From assembly GCA_024275415.1 (NCBI GenBank), contig JAJRZD010000012.1:1-32000 (forward strand): a stretch of DNA of 32,000 nt, written 5' to 3'. Position 1 is the stretch's first letter. The number at the start of each line of letters is the position of its first letter. The notes under the pieces are model-generated. The model worked only from the letters and a program-made list of their open reading frames with translations. It made no database searches and was not told the origin of the DNA. Both the position numbers and the translations under genes were made by a program. This stretch comes from an archaeon. GTDB taxonomy: Archaea; Asgardarchaeota; Thorarchaeia; Thorarchaeales; Thorarchaeaceae. Shown here one piece after another: positions 1 to 9,667 of the stretch.

Positions 1-926
1 AACACATGTTTGGGTCGCCGTGCTGTGACATCAAACTTTTCAGCTAACCGCTTTACAAGATCCGTACGAAGTTTCTCTACACGGGAGAGTCTGCCTGTCA
101 GGATTATCTCTCTTGGCTGGTTCTCGAAGGTTGTTTGCAACATTGCCACTGCCTTGATGATACCCTCGGTCATGCTCTCCCATGCCATCTGGTAGTCTTC
201 CCGATCCAGATTTGCACTGAAGTCCTCGACCTCCAGCACATTGCCAGAGGCTATGAAGGTTGTTCCGGCCTCGAAAAGCTTGAGCTTGCTGAACTTTCCC
301 AAGATGTAAGCTACTTCACCGTCCATTTGGCTCAGGGTGAGATAACCGGGACCTGGGAAGATGGTGCCTCCTATTCCGTCAATAATTCGTCCATTCTCGA
401 CTGCCATCGCTGCATTGTAGCCAAATCCCATCTCTACACAAATAAGACTTGTTTCGCCGTAACTGATTCCTTCTTCTCTTGCTTGATCCCAGACAGCAAA
501 AGCTGCAACACAGGTCTTGTCAGCGGTGCCCATGTCTATCTTGTTCACCTTTCGAGAAGGGGGAATAGTCGGTAGATGGACGACTCCAGGGGCTGAGTAT
601 GCGTTCAACCCAGCCTCCTTCATCATCCACAACAACTTTCGTAGCCCTGAAAGAACAGGAATGTCAATGTCGCCAACCTTGTCAAGGGTCGTTAGAGCCA
701 CATCTTCCTTTGTGAACTGAGATATGTGCTTGAACTCAAGCCCGTATCCAGATGGACCAACAATGACATCGGCTTTAGCATCTTTGATTATGGTGAAGAC
801 TTGTTCAGGGTCGCTAGCAACCATCTCACTGGAGATAGAAGTGTCGAGGATCACATTATCCACATCATCCTCTATACAACAAATGTCGAAATTCTTTGTT
901 CCTGGGTCAATACCAAGTGCTCTCAA
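1..926 (-). CDS. DUF1464-family protein (ASKHA/butyrate-kinase-like fold), 3' end runs off the window
   Basis: Not in the ORF track. Hand translation from TTG at 926, preceded by a GAGGTG SD-like sequence, is open to the window edge: MRALGIDPGTKNFDICC...VGPSGYG...PGVVHLPTIP..RKVNKIDMGTADK...EMGFGYNAAMAVENGRIIDGIGG. These motifs match archaeal DUF1464. Confidence 0.85.
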   Translation of the reverse strand, partial: MRALGIDPGTKNFDICCIEDDVDNVILDTSISSEMVASDPEQVFTIIKDAKADVIVGPSGYGLEFKHISQFTKEDVALTTLDKVGDIDIPVLSGLRKLLWMMKEAGLNAYSAPGVVHLPTIPPSRKVNKIDMGTADKTCVAAFAVWDQAREEGISYGETSLICVEMGFGYNAAMAVENGRIIDGIGGTIFPGPGYLTLSQMDGEVAYILGKFSKLKLFEAGTTFIASGNVLEVEDFSANLDREDYQMAWESMTEGIIKAVAMLQTTFENQPREIILTGRLSRVEKLRTDLVKRLAEKFDVTARRPKHV

Positions 927-1059
927 TTCTACACCTCTTTCAGCTCGGCTCACAGGAGTGGATTTAAGGACTTCCGTTCATAGTTGATCAGTTTTGTCCG
1001 GTATCTCGCTAACCCAAATGGACACTACTGCGAGTGTATAGGGGATGTGGACTACGAGA

Positions 1060-1725
1060 TCAATTGACATATGGTGTAGCATCTAAACGATCCAGCACGC
1101 CATGGGATTGGGCCATCTTCTTCCAGTTCTTTTCCGCGAACATGATGTATAGTTTCTTTGGTATCCCCAGCTTTGAGATCACTTGAACCGCTCGCTCTGG
1201 AACACGTTCCTCTTTGATAACGGAGTCCGCAAGCAATTCAAGTGCATTTCTCACATTGCGCCCACGTCCACCGAGTTGATCCAGAGAAACGCCACTGACT
1301 ATTCCCCCACCACCGAAGGGAAGACCCCCTGCCCATTCGAAAGAAGCCTGTTTGCAAAACAGTTCAAGGATTCTCAACGCCAGAGTATTATGCTCACTCT
1401 CTGGAAAGCCACTATTCACAATTCCTACAAACTTGGGAGTGTGACCAGCTTTACTTGTACGTGCATAAGCGATTTTCATCAGTATCTTGAGAACATGTGA
1501 TGGGAGGCTATCTACATAGAGCGGTGATGTGAGGATCACATAACTTGACCTCTCAATCTTCTCCAGTATAAAGGTCATGAACTCGTCAGAGGATTCAAGC
1601 CCCGGTAGGATCTGGATATCACATGTCACCTCATGAGAATCCAGTAAAGAACGGAGATACTCAGCAATGGAATAGGATGTAGACCTCTGCCCCCGCGGAG
1701 ACCCACAAAGTATCAGACAGTTCAT
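1060..1725 (-). CDS. Flavodoxin-fold NAD(P)H-dependent oxidoreductase (FMN_red-like)
   Basis: MNCLILCGSPRGQRSTS (FMN phosphate loop) and SPLYVDSLPS, SGFPE motifs. The start at 1725 overlaps the upstream stop as ATGA, indicating translational coupling. The track's 1803 start is probably too long. Confidence 0.8.
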   Translation of the reverse strand: MNCLILCGSPRGQRSTSYSIAEYLRSLLDSHEVTCDIQILPGLESSDEFMTFILEKIERSSYVILTSPLYVDSLPSHVLKILMKIAYARTSKAGHTPKFVGIVNSGFPESEHNTLALRILELFCKQASFEWAGGLPFGGGGIVSGVSLDQLGGRGRNVRNALELLADSVIKEERVPERAVQVISKLGIPKKLYIMFAEKNWKKMAQSHGVLDRLDATPYVN

Positions 1726-2297
1726 GCAATCGCCTCCATTCGTTTCAGCAATCTTTCGAGAGACCTCTCGATCATGTGCTTGTCCGTTTCCGGTGAAAAA
1801 CAATGGACATCGAAGATAGTAGAGTGCATGTTCTTGGCATTTCGTGAAATATTCTCTTTGAATAGCGCTTCACTGTCAGGTTCATTCGAGTCATTGATTC
1901 CTATGCCGACGAGCCGTGGATACTTGCCATATCGCCTCCTATGGTGATAGACCCCATCCACTTTTTCAAAGAACGGGTGAGCCATACCGATCGAGCGATC
2001 AACCTGTACCTTGAGGAATGGCGAATATGTGCCAAACAAGATAGGAGTGAGATATACCACGACATCACAACCTATGATACGTCTTGTTATCTCGGGAGCG
2101 TCATCACGGATAACACACTCTCCCGGGCTCTTTACCCAGCAACCAAAACACCCCTTGCACTCGGTCAGGTTCTTCTCTCGGAGGATAACGAACTCGACCT
2201 CCCACTGGTGATCGCGTCCCAATTGTTTCAGCACAGCATTGATTTCATCTTCAATCGTATGCGGTTCCATAAATCCATCCAATACTAGTACCTGCAT
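1722..2297 (-). CDS. Flavodoxin-family / iron-sulfur flavoprotein-like protein
   Basis: CKGCFGCWVKSPGECVIRDD cysteine cluster motif and TPILFGTYS..LK..VDR, typical of the multimeric flavodoxin/Isf family. Confidence 0.85.
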   Translation of the reverse strand: MQVLVLDGFMEPHTIEDEINAVLKQLGRDHQWEVEFVILREKNLTECKGCFGCWVKSPGECVIRDDAPEITRRIIGCDVVVYLTPILFGTYSPFLKVQVDRSIGMAHPFFEKVDGVYHHRRRYGKYPRLVGIGINDSNEPDSEALFKENISRNAKNMHSTIFDVHCFSPETDKHMIERSLERLLKRMEAIA

Positions 2298-2381
2298 CGT
2301 AATCGAGTAATGGACGATTGGAAAGAAGATAACCCTAGCTAAAGAGAAATCTTGAAATCTGAGGATTGCTCTTGAACTGCC

Positions 2382-3137
2382 ATGGCGAGATTGGACATCG
2401 TTGCAAGCTTGTTATTCGAGCTTGCAAGCGAGCCAAGATTAGAATTGCTTTCCCGATTGAGCCAAGAGCCAACAAGGTTAAGCCTGCTTGCAAAAGAGAT
2501 TGGGATAACCATCCAAGAAACATCACGTCACCTTGGACGCCTCTGTGATTCGCTTCTTGCTACCAAAAACGCGGATGGACTCTATCTGGCCACACCACTT
2601 GGGCATCAGTTAGTGGAGCTTCTCCCAATCTTTGACTTTCTCTTTTCCAACCGCGAATATTTCTCACGGCATGATATCTCTGCGTTGCCACTGAAGTTTG
2701 TCTATGGATTCGGGTTGATGACAGACTATGGTGTTTCCAATCATGTCATGGACTCGTTCAAGTATGCCGAGGATGCCGTCAAGAACGCAGAGCGATTCAT
2801 TTGGATCCAGTCAGACCAAGTCCTCTCAAGCACGACTGATGCCATTAATGATGCGGTAGACGCCGGGATGGATTTCAGGCTCATCCTCCCGAAGTCACTT
2901 GTGACACCACAGGAACCTGAGAACGACAGCGCTGTGCAAGACACGCATGTACGAGTGGTAGATAGTGTCGGCATTGTGATGGTCATCACTGAGAAGTGCG
3001 CCTTGCTTTCATTTCCTAGAATCGGCGGTGAGCATGACTATCATGGTTTTTTACTAGAGAATCAGGAAACTATCAGATGGTGTCAACTGCTCTTTCAAGA
3101 CTGTTGGGATAATGCGAGTCCACTAGTCCCTCTTTGA
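2382..3137 (+). CDS. ArsR-like winged-helix transcriptional regulator with archaeal C-terminal effector domain
   Basis: N-terminal LFELASEPRLELL...LAKEIGITIQETSRHLGRL wHTH followed by a C-terminal alpha/beta domain. Divergent from the flavodoxin pair. Confidence 0.8.
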   Translation: MARLDIVASLLFELASEPRLELLSRLSQEPTRLSLLAKEIGITIQETSRHLGRLCDSLLATKNADGLYLATPLGHQLVELLPIFDFLFSNREYFSRHDISALPLKFVYGFGLMTDYGVSNHVMDSFKYAEDAVKNAERFIWIQSDQVLSSTTDAINDAVDAGMDFRLILPKSLVTPQEPENDSAVQDTHVRVVDSVGIVMVITEKCALLSFPRIGGEHDYHGFLLENQETIRWCQLLFQDCWDNASPLVPL

Positions 3138-3249
3138 TAAAATAAAATGGCTGACAATAGATAGATTCAGTGTGCGCGATGGGAACTGTTAATTGTGTTC
3201 TTCCGACTCTAGCACAATCATCATGGTGCTTGCGGAAATGTTGGGTCAG

Positions 3250-4575
3250 TCATTGTTGTCTGACGACCCATTCCGCTTCAGAAAACAAGCCGTTTCGCTT
3301 CGTATAACGAAACGATGCCAAAAGGATACATACCCCCGTAAGAATCAGAATGACGGCCGCTACGAAGCTTCCCCGATACGCATCGGCGTTTGAGAATCCT
3401 AGTGAGATAAGCATATCTGCAACGGGACCTGCAACAAACGTGGCTGCCATTCCCCAGCTGAGGAAGAAAGTAGCATTATAGTAGGCAAATAACCGTCCGC
3501 GATATTCTTCAGGTGCCATCCTCGCAGCGATAGAATAACTGGAAGACCCGATGATGACCTGTGAGGCGCCCGTCAGGAAGGAGGAAACCATTGCCAGCAG
3601 GAAAGAGGGAGTAATGATAAGCCACAGTATCGCAAAGACAGCAAGGAATACGCCAGAGAGCATGACTTTATCATCATCTCGTTTTGAAACAACTGAACCG
3701 ACCAGTGCACCTGCAATCATCGAAGCAATGCTTCCAACATTGCTGTAGATGGCAATGGCCCCACCGTCAGCCCCAAACCCTGTAGGATCCGCAAGGAACA
3801 AGCTGGTGATAATAGCAATCGAATTCCTTCCGAAGTTTATGAATACCAATGCAACAATGAAAATCATGTAGCCTTTCAAGAGGGTAGAAGGAAGGTCGCT
3901 CAGCGGGTGGTTGTCCAGCGTCGGGGTATCATCTCCTTTGATATGTTCGGCGTGACTGCGAGCCCGAATCGAAAAGTACACTATCAGGCTTGAAAAGATC
4001 ATGACGACTGCTGCAACGAAGAAGATACTCCCGTTGGCAAAACCTGCACCATTGTCAAAGAGGAATCCCCCGAGCATTGCACCCCCAATACCCCCAAAAC
4101 CTCCGATAATCGACAGCTGTCCCATAAGCTTCTTTCTTTCATCAATGGTCGTCAGCTCGGAAAGTAACGCAGACCAACCGACATTGGACATACTCCAGAA
4201 TATCTCGATGATACCCAAGGCAAAGATGATGACATAGCCTGCAATGATAAGTTGATTCACACCGAGAAACACCTGATAGCCAAACACCATGAAGATATGT
4301 CCGACGCCAGCCAATCCCTCTCCCAAGATAACGAACATCGTGGGCTTTCTGTACTTGTCGAGAGCACCACCCCATAAGAACGACTGAGCCCCAGCATTCG
4401 CTATCATCCCAACGGTGGCCATCAAGGTGACCTCTGTAGTTGAGAGACCCAACGAACGAAGGTAGATGGAGAGGAACGTGTATACGATTGACCTTCTGAA
4501 GAATGCCAGGAATTGGAACGTTGAAAGTCCAGTGAACTCTTTTCCTTTAAGATGCGAATAGTCTAGAAAACTCAA
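3250..4575 (-). CDS. MFS transporter
   Basis: 441 aa with about 12 hydrophobic segments and MFS-like loop motifs (WGGALDKYRK, APEEYRGRLFA). TTG start. Confidence 0.88.
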   Translation of the reverse strand: MSFLDYSHLKGKEFTGLSTFQFLAFFRRSIVYTFLSIYLRSLGLSTTEVTLMATVGMIANAGAQSFLWGGALDKYRKPTMFVILGEGLAGVGHIFMVFGYQVFLGVNQLIIAGYVIIFALGIIEIFWSMSNVGWSALLSELTTIDERKKLMGQLSIIGGFGGIGGAMLGGFLFDNGAGFANGSIFFVAAVVMIFSSLIVYFSIRARSHAEHIKGDDTPTLDNHPLSDLPSTLLKGYMIFIVALVFINFGRNSIAIITSLFLADPTGFGADGGAIAIYSNVGSIASMIAGALVGSVVSKRDDDKVMLSGVFLAVFAILWLIITPSFLLAMVSSFLTGASQVIIGSSSYSIAARMAPEEYRGRLFAYYNATFFLSWGMAATFVAGPVADMLISLGFSNADAYRGSFVAAVILILTGVCILLASFRYTKRNGLFSEAEWVVRQQ

Positions 4576-4628
4576 CTTGCCTCTGTTACGAAGATGGCTT
4601 TCTTATATAGTGTTTCTTCAGGACAATG

Positions 4629-5285
4629 TTAAGAGATAGACCTGATAAGATCGATAGCCCGTCCTGTGTCACGCTCACTCAGGACGAAGAGCATGTCACT
4701 TTGTACTGAATACGTGGCATATATAGCCACATCATTCCGGTTAAGCAGGTCGATGATATACGCGATGATGGTTGTTTCCTCGACCAGTGGGTTATGTATG
4801 CGGAGGTTGAGGGTCGCAAACCCGTCCTTTCGAAGGAACTTGATCTTCCGTTTCATTTTAGTGGCAAATGAGTCCGCATCACGGGATGAGCAGAGGATCC
4901 TGATACATGTTGGGAATTGATGGATGCTCAGATGCTCAGGATACTCGAAGTCGAGTTCGGATAGTAGGGCAAGAATCCTTGTTTGTTGCTTAGGAGTTGT
5001 AGGCACCTCGATCTGGGTCATGCCTGTCGCAACACTTAGTCGGGCATTGCGGAACAAGTCTGATACACTGACAGCCCGCGGTTCGTCAAGCGCTTTTGCC
5101 ATCCGTACAAAGTTAGCGACAATCGTGTTAAGTTCTACCTCTCGCCGCAACATGGATTCAACTTCTGCTTGGATGTATCTGGCAGCAGCACTATAGTTCA
5201 GCACGCCCATCTGCATGCTGCGGTAGAGAGTCGGATACCTGCTGAGAATCTCCCTGACTATCGAACTTGTACTCTTATGACTCAT
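4629..5285 (-). CDS. Uncharacterised protein with an N-terminal helical 'LNYSAAARYI' domain and C-terminal ACT-like domains
   Basis: The N-terminus (VREILSRYP...GVLNYSAAARYIQAEVE) resembles a conserved archaeal/Bacteroidetes ACT-domain family. The C-terminus IIAYIIDLLNRNDVAIYATYSVQSDMLFVLSERD is ACT-like. ATG at 5285 preferred over 5300. Confidence 0.6.
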   Translation of the reverse strand: MSHKSTSSIVREILSRYPTLYRSMQMGVLNYSAAARYIQAEVESMLRREVELNTIVANFVRMAKALDEPRAVSVSDLFRNARLSVATGMTQIEVPTTPKQQTRILALLSELDFEYPEHLSIHQFPTCIRILCSSRDADSFATKMKRKIKFLRKDGFATLNLRIHNPLVEETTIIAYIIDLLNRNDVAIYATYSVQSDMLFVLSERDTGRAIDLIRSIS

Positions 5286-5422
5286 GGGCTCGTCCCTCAA
5301 ATCGTGAGATTTCTATGACTAATAGTAATATTTGTGACAAAATCCCATTATTAGTGTTTTGGATGAGTAAGGAAAGTCGCCATTTATGCAGTTTTAATGC
5401 ATATTTCCCGTGTTATGCCGTG

Positions 5423-5457
5423 TGTCATATTTATGACAATATTTATATACTTATGAC
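5423..5457 (+). promoter_or_regulatory. hsp20-cdc48 promoter: inverted repeat TGTCATA-tt-TATGACA, TATA box TTTATATA and a further TATGAC half-site
   Basis: Perfect 7-2-7 inverted repeat at 5423-5438, TATA box at 5442-5449, TATGAC at 5452-5457, and an SD-like GAGGTGA before ATG 5498. Confidence 0.65.
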
Positions 5458-5497
5458 GTATTAATTAGAACAACCGAAATGAAGAGGTGAACAAGAA

Positions 5498-6031
5498 ATG
5501 GCATGGAGAAGACCCGATTACTTCAGCAGAATCTTTGACGAGATGACAAGGGAATTTGAAGAGGCCAGTCAGATGATCGAACGTATGTTCCGTACCGCAC
5601 GGGCCGGAAGTCTGGATGGAACCATCAAGACAAGCGGGCCTTGGTACTATGGGTTCTCGATGCGGACTGGCCCAGATGGAAAGCCCATCTTCAGAGAGTT
5701 TGGTAACATCCGTCCTACTGCCGAAGGGCAGGTGATTGAGGGTTACCGCGAGCCCTTGATGGATGTCGTAGTCGATGACAAAGAGGAGGTCGTCAGGATA
5801 GCTGCGGAGATGCCTGGCATCACAAAAGACCAGATCAAGCTGAAAGCCACCGAAGCATCCATCACTATCAAGGCGGAAAACAACACTCGGAAATACAAGA
5901 CCGAGGTGCCACTCTCCGTGGAAATCGATCCTGACACAGGCGAGGCATCGTATCAGAACGGCGTCCTTGAGGTGACCTTCAAACTCAAGGAATCATCCAA
6001 GTCGGAAGGCAAGGACATCAAAGTGAAGTAA
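5498..6031 (+). CDS. hsp20: Small heat-shock protein, archaeal Hsp20
   Basis: GPWYYGFSMRTGPDGKPIFREFGN, REPLMDV, AEMPGITKD and ASYQNGVLEV alpha-crystallin motifs, with a C-terminal IKV motif. Confidence 0.95.
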   Translation: MAWRRPDYFSRIFDEMTREFEEASQMIERMFRTARAGSLDGTIKTSGPWYYGFSMRTGPDGKPIFREFGNIRPTAEGQVIEGYREPLMDVVVDDKEEVVRIAAEMPGITKDQIKLKATEASITIKAENNTRKYKTEVPLSVEIDPDTGEASYQNGVLEVTFKLKESSKSEGKDIKVK

Positions 6032-6042
6032 TCTCAGTTCTC

Positions 6043-6069
6043 AGAGGTGGGGACTCTAACTCCACCTCT
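6043..6069 (+). other. Stem-loop between hsp20 and cdc48
   Basis: AGAGGTGG(GG)-ACTCTAA-(CT)CCACCTCT: 8 perfect base pairs, extendable to 10 with a G-U pair. Confidence 0.55.
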
Positions 6070-6093
6070 CTACTCATTTCTTAACGGAGTTGA

Positions 6094-8279
<2,186 letters not shown>

Positions 8280-8280
<1 letters not shown>

Positions 8281-8312
8281 TGGCTAGATGCCACCAGCTT
8301 TTTTCTTTTTTT
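8280..8312 (+). terminator. Hairpin plus oligo-T terminator of cdc48
   Basis: GTGGC-tagat-GCCAC followed by TTTTTTCTTTTTTT immediately after the stop codon. Confidence 0.65.
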
Positions 8313-8360
8313 GCAATCTCGTGATTGCCTGATTAATCACAGGAGATGTACGACAGGGTA

Positions 8361-8680
8361 CTAGGACACCCTCCCCTGTAGTATGTTGCTCCATACCTCC
8401 TGGATGTATCGCACAACTCTTATGGTGTCCGGTATTAAGGACGAGTGGGGACGTTCCTTGTTGTGGTACTCGATGTGCTCGTCCAACCCCTTTCCCATCC
8501 GCTCACTCTTGTCCTGTATCGTCCGGTGCAACCGCTCCCTTTCCTAAGGTCGGGGGATGATCCCGCTGATACGGGCCCCTTGAGGTTCAGCTGTCACATC
8601 TTGTTGTGCCTCTTCCTTGACCATGCCCTGTAGTGCCTCCTCCCCTGTTTCTGGTGACTCGCAAGACCACTGCCCTTTCA
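8361..8680 (-). pseudogene. Degenerate IS481-like (rve/integrase-core) transposase remnant
   Basis: The minus strand reads, across frames, RRHYRAWSRKRHNKM*QLNLKGP (cf. 'R..PN.LWQ.D.KGP'), then HPPTLGK, a frameshift, ERLHRTIQD...IEYHNKERPHSSL (cf. 'HPQTxGKxERFHRT...YYN..RPHSSL'). It has a TGA at 8594-8596, frameshifts, and lacks the central catalytic segment. Confidence 0.7.
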
Positions 8681-8735
8681 GGCACTGTGTGGAATGTCTA
8701 GAAACTCCCGCACTTCACTTTTAGAAAAACTTATT

Positions 8736-8755
8736 TTACCCAACGCGTTGGGTAA
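8736..8755. promoter_or_regulatory. Perfect 20-bp palindrome TTACCCAACGCGTTGGGTAA, probable VapBC autoregulatory operator
   Basis: Seen directly 12 nt upstream of the antitoxin ATG (8768), right after an AGAAAAA-CTTATTTTA BRE/TATA-like element. Confidence 0.75.
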
Positions 8756-8767
8756 TATGTAGGCAAA

Positions 8768-9010
8768 ATGAGTGAAACAAGATATTACAAAGATAAGATT
8801 TACATCCCTCGCAATATTCGTGAAAAGTTAATGCTAACAGATGGTGACATTATCCGATTTGAGATAACAGCTGATGGAGGCGTGAAATTAATTGTGCTTA
8901 GTGCCAGTGAAGCTACAGACCGAATACTTTACCGCTTGAATCATCCTCCGGATCTTGGAAAAATAAGTGGTACCTTGCGGAGGACTGAGATATATGAAGA
9001 CATTGCTTGA
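8768..9010 (+). CDS. vapB: AbrB/MazE/SpoVT-type antitoxin (VapB-like)
   Basis: 80 aa with KIYIPRNIREKLMLTDGDIIRFEI swapped-hairpin motif and an LRRTEIYED tail. Overlaps the downstream PIN gene. Confidence 0.85.
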   Translation: MSETRYYKDKIYIPRNIREKLMLTDGDIIRFEITADGGVKLIVLSASEATDRILYRLNHPPDLGKISGTLRRTEIYEDIA

Positions 9011-9431
9011 TACGAATATTCTTGTTCATGCACACAACCAGTCATCACCAAATCAAAATACTGCTAGTGATATCCTTCGTGATGCAATCAACTCACGCTT
9101 GGATGCTTACATAACTCCTCAAATATTGTACGAGTTCTTCTCAGTAATTACAAACTCAAGAAGAGTGGACAAACCACTTGATTCAAATGAGGCTCTTGGT
9201 ATATGTAAGGACTTGTGGGTGAGTCCTGCGATAAAAGCTATCGAGCCACAAAGTTCTACAACACTAGCTGTATTTGACCTTGCCAGAAACCATGGGATTG
9301 CTGGAGCTCGAATATTCGATTATGCAATTGCTGTCACAGCTAAGGAGCATGGAATTGAACGCATATTCACTGAGAATACAAAAGACTTTGCTGCCTTCGG
9401 CTTTCTCAAAGTCGTCAATCCTTTGCGATGA
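8994..9431 (+). CDS. vapC: PIN-domain toxin (VapC)
   Basis: MKTLLDTNILV, QILYEFFSVIT, RIFDYAIA and IFTENTKDF acidic PIN tetrad. GGAGG SD before ATG 8994; the track's 8967 start is probably too long. Confidence 0.92.
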   Translation: MKTLLDTNILVHAHNQSSPNQNTASDILRDAINSRLDAYITPQILYEFFSVITNSRRVDKPLDSNEALGICKDLWVSPAIKAIEPQSSTTLAVFDLARNHGIAGARIFDYAIAVTAKEHGIERIFTENTKDFAAFGFLKVVNPLR

Positions 9432-9601
9432 AACTTTGCATCCTTCGATTCAAGAATCAAACTCGTTTGGTATTCCATCCTCAGAAAGCGGATGGTATCC
9501 AGCTTGCAAACAACTGGGATATCCTCAACTTCACAGTAGAAGGGTTTCTCACTTGTGCGTTTCTCATAACTCTTGGCTGTGACCAAGATATCGAGTTTCA
9601 T
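9432..9601 (-). pseudogene. Possible fragment of a PD-(D/E)xK (RecB/Cas4-like) nuclease
   Basis: SEKPFYCEVEDIPVVCKLDTI...LILESK resembles 'E.PF...I.G..L.G.ID.I...II(D/E)xK'. The frame then runs into the antisense of vapC. Short match only. Confidence 0.3.
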
Positions 9602-9667
9602 CGCCAGACCCACTGCCGGGACATTACAATGCATGAATATTGGTTACTGTTATCATGATTGCCTGTA

